A model generated the notes under the pieces. The model ran no database searches, was not told the origin of the DNA, and saw only the letters and a list, made by a program, of their open reading frames with translations. From the NCBI GenBank assembly GCA_963849325.1, contig CAWKHF010000008.1:64001-128000 (forward strand): 64,000 bases of DNA, given 5' to 3'. The translations under genes were made by a program, and so were the position numbers. This document shows, piece after piece, positions 21,962 to 33,400 of the stretch (the stretch's first letter is position 1; every line of letters begins with the position of its first letter). The stretch comes from an uncultured Planctomycetota bacterium. GTDB taxonomy: Bacteria; Planctomycetota; Planctomycetia; Gemmatales; Gemmataceae.

Positions 21962-22993
21962 CTATCCCTCGCCCCGTACCGCGCGCACGAACGCCTCGAA
22001 GTTGGCGACCGGCGTGCCGCGATCGACGCCGTGATTGAGGTTGACGATGTGTCGCCGACCGCCGCCAGCCGCCACGCAGGCGCGCGTCGCCGCCGTCACC
22101 TGCTCCGGCGTACCCGCACGCAAAATCTCCTCATCCACGTTGCCCTGAAAGACCAGGTGCGGATAGTCGCGCCGCGCCGCCGCCAGATCGTGACGCACGC
22201 CCAGCGAAACCACGTCCGCCCCCGACGCCGCCATGAGCGGCAGATACGGCCCTTCCTTGACGAACAGGATGCGCGGTACGCCGGCCGCCTCGCGGAAGAT
22301 CGTCTCCTGGCGCGGCTGCGCCCACGCCTCGTATTCCGTGCGGTCGAGCAGGCCGGCCCACGAGTCGAAGAGTTGGTACACGTCGGCCCCCTCGGCGATC
22401 AGCGTGCGCAGGAAGTGGACCGTCGCGGTCGTGAGCCGGTCGAGCAGGGCGTCCCAGACGCGCGGCTGCTCGGCGGCGAAGCGGCGCGTGGCGGCGATGT
22501 CCTTGCCGGTGCCGATGCAGTACGTCGCCACGGTGAACGGCGCCCCGGCGAAGACCAGCACCGGCAGTTCGCCGCGCAGCTCCTGACGTACCAGACGCAG
22601 CAGATCGCGGATGTGCTGAAAGCGCCGCGGGTCGGGCTGTACCTCCAGACGTTCGACGTCGGCGAGCGTGCGGATGGGATGATCGGGCACCGGGCCTTGC
22701 GACGGCTGAAGGACGAAGGGTTGTCCCATCGCCACCGGCAGCGTGGTGATGTCGTAAAAGAGGATGATGCCATCGACGCCGAAGCGGCGCGGCAACAGCG
22801 ACGCTTTGGCGCTCAGCTCGACGTTCTCGGAGAACTCGTAGAACGACAGGCCGTCGCGGACGCGGTTGAATTCGGGGTCCCAGCGTCCGGCCTGGCGCAT
22901 GGCCCAGACCGGCGGCCGTTCGACGGCCTCGCCGCGCGCGGCACGAACGAGCAGATGAGGAGAAGGGGCGGCCGAGGGCGGATCGTTCGTCAT
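21962..22993 (-). CDS. hemE: Uroporphyrinogen decarboxylase
   Basis: PPVWAMRQAGR, FAGAPFTVATY, QLFDSWAG, QGNVD, NLNHGV. Confidence 0.9.
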   Translation of the reverse strand: MTNDPPSAAPSPHLLVRAARGEAVERPPVWAMRQAGRWDPEFNRVRDGLSFYEFSENVELSAKASLLPRRFGVDGIILFYDITTLPVAMGQPFVLQPSQGPVPDHPIRTLADVERLEVQPDPRRFQHIRDLLRLVRQELRGELPVLVFAGAPFTVATYCIGTGKDIAATRRFAAEQPRVWDALLDRLTTATVHFLRTLIAEGADVYQLFDSWAGLLDRTEYEAWAQPRQETIFREAAGVPRILFVKEGPYLPLMAASGADVVSLGVRHDLAAARRDYPHLVFQGNVDEEILRAGTPEQVTAATRACVAAGGGRRHIVNLNHGVDRGTPVANFEAFVRAVRGEG

Positions 22994-23035
22994 GGCGTGT
23001 TCCTTCCCTGCCGTTCGGCGCTCAGAAGCTGTAAC

Positions 23036-23146
23036 TTTTTGGCGAGCGGGGGGCGTAAGCCCCCTGTTTTTCGCCTTTTTGGCGAGCGGGGGGCGTAAGC
23101 CCCCTGTTTTTCGCCGTCAACAGGGGGCTTACGCCCCCCGCTCGCC
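23036..23146. repeat. REP cluster: two 40-bp direct copies plus one inverted copy
   Basis: (tttttggcgagcggggggcgtaagccccctgtttttcgcc)x2, then aacagggggcttacgccccccgctcgcc. Confidence 0.9.
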
Positions 23147-23248
23147 TATTAGGTTAGTGCCTCTCAGGCTCATTCTACGGTAAATGTCTCGGAATGGGCT
23201 GGTTTGCACCGACGCGGTTTGTTACATCTCCGAGCGAGGAGGCGCGGA

Positions 23249-23926
23249 ATGGTCCGATTAGCACTAGTGGGTTCGGATCAGCTGGTGGATCACGTGGAGA
23301 TTCCCCCTTGGGTGATCGACCTAGATTCCTTTCGGCGTTGGGCGGACAGTGACGACTTCCCCGACTGGGGCCGCATCGACTATATCAAAGGCGAGGTCTG
23401 GGTTGACATGAGTAAGGAGCAACTCTTCACGCACCTCGCCGTCAAAAATGAATTCAACATCGTCCTCGGCTCGATGGTCAAGATGGGGCAGTTGGGTCTT
23501 TATCTGCCGGACGGAGTGTTACTGAGCAACGTGGATGCCGACATCGCCGTGAACCCCGACGCTCTCTTCGCCTCCACGGACGCTCTTGCGGATCGCCTCC
23601 GCATTCTGGAAGGCAAGAAAGGCGGTTACGTTGAAATGGAAGGCTCCCCCGACATGGTGCTGGAAGTGGTGAGTGACAGTTCCGTTCGCAAAGACATGCA
23701 GCAGCTGCGCCAGGATTACTGGACGGCCGGCATCCGCGAATACTGGCTGGTCGATGCCCGGCCCGAACCGCTGATCTTCGACATCCTGCGTCACACGCCC
23801 AAAGGCTACCGCGCGACTCCGAAAAGAGACGGGTGGGTCAAGTCGGCCGTGTTCGGCAAATCGTTCCGCCTAACGCAGCGGCCGAACACCCTGGGACATC
23901 CCGAATATACCCTGGACGTGCGCTGA
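23249..23926 (+). CDS. Uma2 family PD-(D/E)XK endonuclease-like protein
   Basis: IDYIKGEVWVDM, VNPD, PDMVLEVVSDSS..KD, Y..AGIREYWLVD. Confidence 0.9.
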   Translation: MVRLALVGSDQLVDHVEIPPWVIDLDSFRRWADSDDFPDWGRIDYIKGEVWVDMSKEQLFTHLAVKNEFNIVLGSMVKMGQLGLYLPDGVLLSNVDADIAVNPDALFASTDALADRLRILEGKKGGYVEMEGSPDMVLEVVSDSSVRKDMQQLRQDYWTAGIREYWLVDARPEPLIFDILRHTPKGYRATPKRDGWVKSAVFGKSFRLTQRPNTLGHPEYTLDVR

Positions 23927-23953
23927 CATTGCTCATCTTCCTCGGACCAAGGT

Positions 23954-24688
23954 TTATCTTTCCAGCTTCGTTCCCACGTACAGCGTCGCAATCCCAAACG
24001 TCAGCGGATGCCAGTACACGTCCGTCAGACCGTGGCCGCGCAGCTTCTCGGCCAGCGCCTCGCCGTCGGGAAATTCCAGCACGCTGGCCGGCAGGTAGTT
24101 GTAGGCGTTGTCGCGGCTGCGCGACAGCATCTGGCCGACGCACGGCAGGACCCAGCGAAAATAAGCACGATACAGCCGGCCGAACAGCCAGTGGCGCGGC
24201 CGCGAAAACTCCAGGATCGCCACCCGTCCGCCCGGCCGCGTCACGCGCACCATCTCGGCCAGGCCTCGATCCGTGTCGGTCACGTTGCGCAGGCCGAACG
24301 CCACCGTCGTCAGCTGGAAGGTATCGTCGGCGAAGGGCAGGCGCTGCGTGTCGGCCTCGACGTAGCGGATACGGTCGGCGGCGCCGCGGCGGCGCGGTCT
24401 TGTCGCGGGCCGGCAGCAGCATCGGCAGACAGAAATCGGCGCCGAAGATCGGCACACGCTGGCCGGCGGCGCGGTCGTAGGCCAGGGCCAGGTCGCCGGT
24501 GCCGGTGCAAACGTCGAGGATGGGGCGCTGTCGTCGAACCGTGGCGGCGCCAGCCGCGTCGTCCGCCAGCGCCAGTAGCGATCGACGTTCAGGCTGAGCA
24601 GGTGGTTGAGCAGGTCGTAGCGCCGCGCGATGTCGCCGAACATCGTGCGGATGCGCGATTCACGCTTGTCGAGCAGGCTGCGCGACAC
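23954..24688 (-). CDS. ubiE: UbiE/MenG C-methyltransferase (compensating frameshifts ~24400-24525)
   Basis: [27 protein letters not shown] in the alternate frame, [31 protein letters not shown]. Confidence 0.9.
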   Translation of the reverse strand: MSRSLLDKRESRIRTMFGDIARRYDLLNHLLSLNVDRYWRWRTTRLAPPRFDDSAPSSTFAPAPATWPWPTTAPPASVCRSSAPISVCRCCCRPATRPRRRGAADRIRYVEADTQRLPFADDTFQLTTVAFGLRNVTDTDRGLAEMVRVTRPGGRVAILEFSRPRHWLFGRLYRAYFRWVLPCVGQMLSRSRDNAYNYLPASVLEFPDGEALAEKLRGHGLTDVYWHPLTFGIATLYVGTKLER

Positions 24689-24872
24689 GATGCTCCCTCA
24701 TGGATGGCGGAGTCGCGGCGCGGTTGCGAGCGCCGCGTTCTCCTCATACTATAGCGCCACGGATCGACGAGGGCCGCCGGCGGCTTGGCACCAAGCCGCC
24801 AGCGGCCTCTTTGATGACCGTCGACCGGGCCGATTGTCCCCGGATTGTCACGAAACCGAGGCGAGGTGGGCC

Positions 24873-26391
24873 ATCCGCATTCTGCTGGCGGCCTCTGAGG
24901 TGGTCGGCTTCGCCAAGACCGGCGGACTGGCCGACGTCGCCGGCGCCTTGCCGCCGGCCCTGGCCCGACGCGGCCTCGAATGCGCCGTCATCCTGCCCCT
25001 GTACCGCTGTGCTCGCGCCGCCCAGCCGGCCCCCGAACCCACCGAACACACCTTCGAGCGTGCCCATCCGCGACCGCTGCCGTCGCTGGCCGGCTGTGGC
25101 GCGCGACACTGCCCGACTCAGACGTACCTGTCTGTCTGGTCGAGCAGGACGACTACTTCGACCGCGACGACCCCGGACGACGGCCGCGGCCTGTACCAGT
25201 TCACGACGCCCAACGGCGGCCGCCGCGACTACGCCGACAACTGCGAACGCTTCGTCTTCTTCTGCCGCGCCGTCCTGGAAGCGCTCCGCCTGCTCGACTT
25301 CTGGCCCGACGTGCTGCACGTCAACGACTGGCAGACCGGACTGGTCCCCGTCTATCTGCGCGAGTTGTACCGCCGCACCGGCAGCGACCGGCTGCGGCCA
25401 GCTACGGACACATCGGCACCCTGTTCACCATCCACAACATCGCTTACCAGGGCACGTTTTGGCACCTGGACATGCCGCTGACCGGCCTGGACTGGCGGCT
25501 GTTCAACTACCGCCAGCTGGAGTTCCACGGCCAGCTGTGCTGCTCAAGGCCGGCATCGTCTTCGCCGACCTGGTCAACACCGTCAGCCCGACCTATGCCC
25601 GCGAGATCCAGACGCCCTACTACGGCTGCGGCCTGCAGGGCGTCCTCAACGAGCGGCGCGAGCGTCTGTTCGGCATCGTCAACGGTGTCGATTACCGCGT
25701 CTGGGATCCCGCCACCGACCCGCATCTGCCGGCCGACTACGATGCCGACGACCTCCAGCCCGGCAAGCCGCGTGCAAGGCCGACCTGCAACGGCGCGAGG
25801 GCCTGTCCGTCGAGCCGCAGGCACCGCTTCTGGGCGTGGTGGCCCGGCTGGTCGAACAGAAGGGCGTCGATTTGATCGTCAAGGCTGCTCCCGCGCCTGC
25901 TCGACCAGGGCGCTGCAACTCGTCGTGCTCGGCGAGGGCGATCCGGCGTATCACCGTATGCTGGAGGAGCTGCATCGCCGCTATTCCGGCCGGGTACGAC
26001 GCTGACCGTCGGCTTCGACGAGGACCTCGCTCACCGCATCGAGGCCGGGGCCGATCTGTTCCTGATGCCGAGCTTGTACGAGCCGTCCGGCCTCAATCAG
26101 CTCTATAGTATGAGGTACGGCACGCCGCCGGTGGTGCGGAGCACCGGCGGCCTGGCCGACACCGTCGTCGATAGCGACGCCGCCACGCTGGCGGCCGGCA
26201 CGGCGACGGGTTTCTGTTTCACGCCCTACACGGCCGACGCCCTCCGCGAGACGGTCGAGCGCGCCCTGGCCCTGTACCGCGGCCAGCCGCAGCCGTGGCG
26301 GCAGGTCGTCGTCACGGCCATGCGGCAGGATTGGTCCTGGGACCGCAGCGCCGGAGAGTACGTGCGGCTGTACGAGCGAATTGCGGGATGA
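24873..26391 (+). CDS. glgA: Glycogen synthase (many frameshifts; the start codon reads ATC)
   Basis: [83 protein letters not shown]. Confidence 0.92.
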
Positions 26392-26417
26392 GAAGCGACA
26401 GCAGGCGAAGGACGGAG

Positions 26418-26517
26418 GAAAGTGAAAATTGAAAAGTAAATAAATTGAAAAATGAATAGGCGATGACCGATATCTTCTCATTTTTCAATTTTTACTTTTC
26501 ACTTTTCAATTTTCAAT
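26418..26517. repeat. Heptamer (TGAAAAT/TTTTCAY) inverted tandem repeats
   Basis: gtgaaaattgaaaagt...tgaaaaatga / tcatttttcaatttttacttttcacttttcaattttca. Confidence 0.85.
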
Positions 26518-26541
26518 GAATCGACCTGACGGAGTGATGGC

Positions 26542-28805
26542 ATGGCGGACATCGCACTGGCATTCTTCTGGCACCAGCATCAGCCGTACTACCCCGACGA
26601 CGTGGCCGGCGAAAACCCCATGCCGTGGGTGCGCCTGCACGGCGTCAAGGACTACTACGGCATGGCCCTGCATCTGCTGGAATTCCCGGAGATGCACTGC
26701 ACCATCAACCTCGTGCCCAGCCTGCTGCTCCAGTTCGCGCCTACACCGAGCACAAGGCCAGCGACCGCTTCCTCGATGTGTCGCGCATCCCCGCCGACGG
26801 TCTGAGCGAAGACGACTGCCTGTTCCTGCTCGACCATTTCTTCATGGCCAACCCGGACCACATGATCCGGCCGTTCCCGCGCTACGCCGAACTGTACCAG
26901 CGCCGCGGCCGCGGGCGCGGAACAGCGCCCGCGAGGCTCTGCGCCGCTTCCAGGCCCGCGACCTGCGCGACCTGCAAGTGTGGTTCAACCTCACCTGGGT
27001 CCATCCCGCTGGCCTTCGAGCGCGACGACTGCCTTCGCGCCCTGCGCGACAAGGGCCGCCATTTCACGCGAGGACGACAAGGCCGCCCTGCTGGCCAAGC
27101 ACCTGGACATCCTCAAGCAAGATCATCCCGCTGCACCGCAAGCTGGCCGCGAGCGGGCCAGGTCGAGCTGACGACGACGCCGTACTTCCATCCGATCCTG
27201 CCGCTGCTGTTCGACAAGAAGCTGGCCCGCGAGGCGATGCCGGAGGTCAAGCTGCCGCGCTACACCGGCGGCTATCCCGAGGACGCCGCCGTCCACGTCC
27301 GCCGCGCCGTCGAGCAGCACGCGCGCCTCTTCGGCCGCCGGCCGCAGGGCATGTGGCCGGCCGAGGGATCGGTCTGCCAGACGATGATGCCGCTGCTGGC
27401 CCAGCACGGCATCCGCTGGATCGCCACCGACGAGGAGGTCCTCAGCGCCTCGACGCACGGCTTGGTCAGCCGCGACGGCAAGGGCCACGTCCGCAACCCC
27501 GAGCAGCTGTACCGGCCTTACAAGGTGCGCGAGGGCGATGCCGAGCTGGGCATCGTCTTCCGCGATCACGCCCTGAGCGACCTGATCGGCTTCCACTATC
27601 AGCGCAGCGAGCCGGCGGCCGCCGCCGACAATTTCCTCGGCTGCCTGCACGGCATCGGCCAGGTAGTGCACGGCGGACGAACCGGCCCTGGTCAGCGTCA
27701 TCCTCGACGGCGAGAACTGCTGGGAGCACTATCCCGGCGGCGGCGTCGCCTTCCTCCGTGCCCTCTACCAGCGCTGCACCAGCACGCCGGGCGTCACGCC
27801 CGGTGAAGATCGGCGACTACCTGGAGCAGTACCCGCCGCGCGACACGCTGCCGCACCTGTTCGCCGGCAGCTGGATCAGCCACAACTTCGCCATCTGGAT
27901 CGGCCACGAGGAGGACAACACGGCCTGGGACGCCCTGCACCGCACGCGCGAGTATCTGCTGCGCAAGACGGCAGTGACAGGCGACAGGAGACAAGGTGAC
28001 AAGGTGAACAGTGGCACCGATCCGGCGTCTGTCCCTGGTCCCTGTCCCCTGTCCCCTGTCACCACTTCGAAGGGCGTGGGAGGAGCTGTACATCGCCGAG
28101 GGCAGCGACTGGTTCTGGTGGTACGGCGACGACCACTCCAGCGCCCAGGATGCCCTGTTCGATTACCTGTTCCGCAAGCACCTGCAGAACGTCTACCTGC
28201 TGCTCGGCGACGAGCCGCCGCCGGAGCTGGCCCGGCCGATCAGCCGCAAGGGCCAGCGCGTCCACTACACGCACGCCGCGCGCCTTCCTCGACGTGAAGA
28301 TCGACGGCCGCTAGACCTTTTTCGAGTGGGTCAGCGCCGGCCGCTACACCTGCCAGAACGAGCGCGGTACGATGGCGATGGCGACGCAGGGGCCGCTGCG
28401 AAGAGCTGTACTTCGGCTTCGACCTGTCGCTGCTGCTGATCCGCATTGACTGCGATCGGCCCGGCGAAGAGCGCCCTGGCGGACTTCGACGTCTGTGCGC
28501 ATCGGCTTCGTCGAGCCGGCCGGCTGCGAGGTGCGCGTGTCCAATCCCGGCCGGCCGGACCAGCGGGCTGAATTGCTCCGCGATGGCGTCGCCGGTACCC
28601 GGTGTCCGGTCCGGCGGTGGGCATCGACCAGATCGCCGAGGCGGCCATGCCGTTCGACGCCCTGGGCGTCGAGGTGGATCAGCCGCTGCAGTTCTTCGTC
28701 GAGCTGCTGCGCGACGGTCAGAGCCACGACCGCGCCCCGCGCGAGGGCGCCATCGTGCTGACCCGGCCGTCGCCTGACTTCGAGCAGATCATGTGGGACG
28801 TGTAA
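26542..28805 (+). CDS. Glycoside hydrolase family 57 (amylopullulanase-like; many frameshifts and one in-frame TAG)
   Basis: [54 protein letters not shown]. Confidence 0.9.
27974..28063. repeat. Heptamer-type inverted repeat inside the GH57 CDS
   Basis: gtgacaggcgacaggagacaaggtgacaag ... tgtccctggtccctgtcccctgtcccctgtcacc. Confidence 0.75.
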
Positions 28806-28815
28806 CCAAGAAATA

Positions 28816-28953
28816 TAAGCCACAGATAAACACAGATAAACACAGATGAAGAAAAATAGAATGAAAACGAATTCGCGCGGAGGACAGATTGACGAGTTTG
28901 TCCCTCATTTTTGTGAATTTTATCCGTGTTCATCTGTGTTCATCTGTGGTTAA
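28816..28953. repeat. 9-nt-periodic inverted-repeat element
   Basis: ccacagataaacacagataaacacagat ... atccgtgttcatctgtgttcatctgtgg. Confidence 0.88.
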
Positions 28954-29009
28954 TTGGTTTTATGGACCAAACGCTGCAAGGGTTCGCCGCTTCACTGCGA
29001 GGTTTGCCG

Positions 29010-30035
29010 ATGCCGGAGCTGCGCAAGGATCCGATCGTCGGCCGCTGGGTCATCATCGCCACCGACCGGGCCAAGCGGCCGGTGGCGCCCGAGAGCGAGC
29101 CGCTCGTCCGCCGGGCAGCCTTCTGCCCCTTCTGCGAGGGCAACGAGGACAAGACGCCGCACGAGATCCTCGCCTACCGCGAGCGCAACAGCCAGCCCAA
29201 CGAGAAGGGCTGGCGCGTCCGCGTCGTGCCCAACAAGTTCCCCGCCCTGCAGATCGAGGGCGACCTGAACAAGCGCGGCGACGGCATCTACGACAAGATG
29301 AACGGCATCGGCGCCCACGAGGTCATCCTCGAATGCCCCTTCCACGAAACGCAGCATGGCCAACCTCACCGAGGACAACATCCGCGAGGTGCTCTGGGTC
29401 TACCGCGACCGCCTCGTGGACCTCAAGAAAGATCCGCGGCTGGTCTACGGCATGGTGTTCAAGAACGTCGGCGCCGCCGCCGGCGCCTCGCTGGAGCACT
29501 CGCACTCGCAGCTGATCGTCACGCCGATCGTGCCGATCAACGTCTGGGAGGAGATGACCGGCTCGCTGGAGTTCTTCAACTACCGCGGCCGCTGCATCTA
29601 CTGCGACATGATCCATCAGGAGCTGGCGACCGAGAAGCGCATCGTCCTGGACACGCCGAACTTCGTCAGCTTCTGCCCCTACGCCAGCCGCTTCCCGTTC
29701 GAGACGTGGATCCTGCCCAAGACACCACAACAGCCACTACGAGAACATCCAGAAGAACGAGGTGGACGAGCTGGGCACGGTGCTCAAGACGATCCTGCTG
29801 AAGCTGGAGGCGGCGCTGGACGAGCCGGCCTACAACTACATCATCCACACCTCGCCGTTCGACACGCAGATCGCTGCCGCACTACCACTGGCACATGGAG
29901 ATCATCCCGCGGCTGACGCGCGTGGCCGGCTTCGAGTGGGGCACGGGCTTCTACATCAACCCGGTGCCGCCGGAGCAGGCGGCGGAGTTCCTGCGGGAGA
30001 CCGAGGTGGATGTCACGGCGGGACGTCGGAAGTAG
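29010..30035 (+). CDS. galT: GalT-like HIT-superfamily nucleotidyltransferase (frameshifts)
   Basis: [61 protein letters not shown]...AGFEWG. Confidence 0.88.
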
Positions 30036-30094
30036 GCCGCTGTTGAAAGGGGATCGAGTGAAAAAATGATAGGGGATGGGAAAAACGACCGCGC

Positions 30095-30400
30095 TCACGA
30101 TTGGCCCCGCATCATGGCCCCCAGGTGTTTCTGCGCCTCGGTCAGGCGAGGAGTCTCGTTCAAGGCAGCCCAAAACGCGAACTGCTCCTCGGCAGTCAAA
30201 GTAATAGTCTGCTCCCGCGCAGCGCGCACCTCGCGCTGAGCCTGAGCGACCGTCACCTCACGCACGTAATCGCTGATACTGATTCGCCGCAGTTCCGCCG
30301 CCTGGACCAGAAACGCTTTGCTTTCGTCGTCGAGGCGGACCACAAGAGAGCGGGCGGTTCGGCCCTTCTTCGACTGGCCGGATGAGCGTGCCTTGGTCAT
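30095..30400 (-). CDS. DUF1778 (TacA/AtaR-like) RHH antitoxin, no toxin present
   Basis: SLVVRLDDESKAFLVQAAEL..ISISDYV...ITLTAEEQFAFWAAL..P. Confidence 0.82.
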   Translation of the reverse strand: MTKARSSGQSKKGRTARSLVVRLDDESKAFLVQAAELRRISISDYVREVTVAQAQREVRAAREQTITLTAEEQFAFWAALNETPRLTEAQKHLGAMMRGQS

Positions 30401-30424
30401 GGGACTAATCTCCTTCGTCCCTAA

Positions 30425-30447
30425 TTGAATAGCAAATGGATATACAA
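30425..30447. promoter_or_regulatory. Putative operator upstream of the DUF1778 gene
   Basis: Imperfect palindrome TTGAATA-N9-TATACAA in an AT-rich patch. Confidence 0.4.
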
Positions 30448-30490
30448 TCAAGTCTAGTGACAGACCCCAGTCCGTCGCGGACGTTCCGCG

Positions 30491-33400
30491 CTAGCGGCTC
30501 ATTCGGGTCGCCGATGTGCGCAGCACCCGCGCTTCCACGTCGGCGCCCTCGAAGAGCAATTCCTCGCCGTGTTGGCGGACCAACTCGACGAGGCGGCGCA
30601 TGAAGCCCAGTCCGGCGGCCGCCTGCGGCACGTCGAGCACTTGCGGCGACGCCTCCAGCAGCGGACGCGGCAAACATACGACCGTCTTGGCCCGCGCCCG
30701 CGTCAGGGCGACGTTGAGACGGTTCAGCCCGTAAATGAACTCCGCTTCGCGCAAGGCGAACTCGGGATCGGACACGCCGTAACTGACCAGCACGGCGTCG
30801 GCTTGCTGTCCCTGCATCTTGTCCACCGTATCGACGAACGGCGAACAGTGCCACCGCCGTCGCGCCGCCAGCTCGCGCTGAATGGCCCGAATCTGGGCAT
30901 GATGGGGACTGACGACGAAGACGCCGTGACGAAAGAAGGCATCGTCGTCCGCGTAGGGTCGGCCGTTGTCTTCGCGCAGCCCGTCGCGCAGGGCCGTCAC
31001 CAATTGGGCGATCAGGTCGGCCTCGATCGGATTGGCCCGCGAGGCGCGGATGCCATCGAGGACGACCACGACGAGCGGAAAATCCGGATCGAGGCACGCC
31101 GCCACGAGCGGATCGAGTCCGCGTTTGGGCGTGAAGGCGAGCCGGTGATGGGCCACGGCGGCGCTGCCGCACTGGTAGCGCGGGCCGTACAGCAACTCGG
31201 CGGCACAGCCGGTCAGCACGTCGTTCATGCGGAAGTTTTCCAGCAACGGCCGGACGAGACGACTCTCGGCGATCGGCGGATCGGAGCAGGGACAGACGGC
31301 CTCGAGGATGGAGCGGTGCAGCACGCGGTTCGCCGGGCGGCGTATCGGGATACAGGCCGGCAACGATGGGCGGCAGCTGCAAGTGATCGCCGGCCAGCAC
31401 GAGTCGGCCGTCGGTCCCGGCCAGGTAGGCGGCGATGGCCGCCTCCGGCACGCGCACCTGCGACGCCTCGTCGATCACCACCAGGTCGAACGGCGGCAGT
31501 TCCTGGCGTTTCTTGAGACAGGAATAGACCGTGGCGCCGAGCACGACCTGCTCGCCGTCGCTGAGCCACCCGCCCAGGTCCGCCTCGGCCACGACCTCGA
31601 CGCCGGGGTTGACGCCGCGCCAGTATTTTCGCCTTGCCGAGTAGCAAATCGAATGCCTCGGCCGGCAGGACGCGGCGTCGCTGGACGACCTGGCCCAGCA
31701 GGTTCTCGATGGCGGCATGCGTGAAGGCCGTCGCCAGGACACGGAAGGGCTGGCCGGTGCGGGCATGGGCCGCCGCCAGGGCGACGATGGTCGAGGCCAG
31801 GAAGTGCGTCTTGCCGGTGCCCGGCGGACCCCAGACCGCCGTGACGCGCTGGCCGCCAATCGCTCGAAACGCCTCGCGCTGGCTGGGCGTGAAACCGAGT
31901 TGAGCTTCCAGGCGCGTCGCATTCATCCGCACCTTCGCCGGCAAAGGCAGAGGCGTGGCGGTCTCCTCGGGCTGACGCAGCAGTCGCAGGAACAGGCTGG
32001 CTGGCCCGTCGTCGGCGCCCGTGGCGAGATCCAGTTCTTCGAGGAAGCGCACCAGCGTGTCGGTCGTGAAATCGGTGAAGCGCGGATAGAGCAGGAAGCG
32101 CTCGCCGGCCGCCGGCGCGCCGCCCTGGAAAGGGCGGCTGTAGTGCAGGCACAGACGAACGGCCCCGCCGGGCGCGGTGTGGACGTCCTCGATGCCGACG
32201 ATGGCGCGGTGAGGGCTATCCGGCCCACCGTGGATCTTGTTGCGATACCAGTAATCGGCGTACTCGACGCGAGCGCGGCGGCCGTCCTCGTTGTCGCGCA
32301 CCAGCAGCCAGGCCGGAAAGCCTCCCGTCTCCGGCTCGACGATCAGGCTGCCGATCACCTCCATCTCCGCCGCGACGATCGCCTTCAATTCGATGACTTG
32401 GCCGAGCAGGACTTGCGTGGCCCGCGCCTCGGCGCGGGCCTCGCGGACGGAGAGACAGCCCAGTAAACTTTCGTAGCGCGCGAAGAAGGCCAGGCGCGAC
32501 AACAGCGGCTCACGGATGCCGGCGCCCGTGGGCAGCGCGAAGCGCGGCGGCCAGGCGAACAGGTGCTTCTCGGCTCGTTGCCGCACGGCCCGGAGCAGAG
32601 CGGCCACCGCGAACAGATAAAGACGTGCTTGCTGATGGATCTCTTCAAGGTTCGTCGTCTGGCCACGATACCAGGCCGCGTGCAGCGCCTCGGCCCGCAG
32701 ACCGTGGCCGAGCGGGAAGTGATAATAATCGCGGCGCGTGTAGTGGAACGGACTGTCCAGCGCCGCCAGCACCTCCGGCAGCGTGTAGCTGACCTCGACC
32801 GGCAGGGCCAGCAGTCGCCCGACGGCGGATTGCAGGACGACCAGCGGATACGCCACTTCGCCGCCGGGATGGCGGTCGGCCCGCATCAGCTCCGGACCCT
32901 GGAAATGAAAGAGCAGCGTCATCGCTTTTTCGGCCAGGCCCGCCTCTTGCAACGCTTCGAGTAGGACGGTCAACAGTAGGCCGCGCTCGTCCTCGGTGTG
33001 GACGTAGGCTTGCAGAGTCAGCTTGTCCTTCCATTCCGACCGCTCCTCGTTGTAGCGATGGACGCGGCGAAACAGGTCATCGAGCCGCGTGAGGAATCGT
33101 CGCCGTACTTGCGCCGCCTCTTCGGGCCGACGGGCCAGCCATACGCACGGTCCCGCTTCGCCCTCGTCGTCCGTCAACGAGGGGGGGAACACGGCCTGGC
33201 GCACGTCCTCGCGGCCGGTGACGTACAGGCCGGCGAGGTAGATGGCCTGGCCGAGCGGTTCGCGCTGCAGCGTCAGGAAGACGGCGAGGTTTTCGCCGCG
33301 CGGCAAGTCCGTGGCGTCGGCGCCGTGCAGCCGCGGCTCGCGCGTCTGGAGGGCGGCGACGCACACGGCCAGTCGGTGTCGCTGGCCCGCCAGCGAGGCG

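Noticed and set aside
23036-23146. Possible mini-CRISPR array
   Set aside because: The two 40-bp copies abut without a spacer and the third copy is inverted, which is a REP cluster pattern; no cas operon is present.
28312-28314. In-frame TAG in GH57 as pyrrolysine or stop-codon recoding
   Set aside because: It is a single case in an error-rich stretch, TAG ends other genes normally, and no pyl genes are seen.
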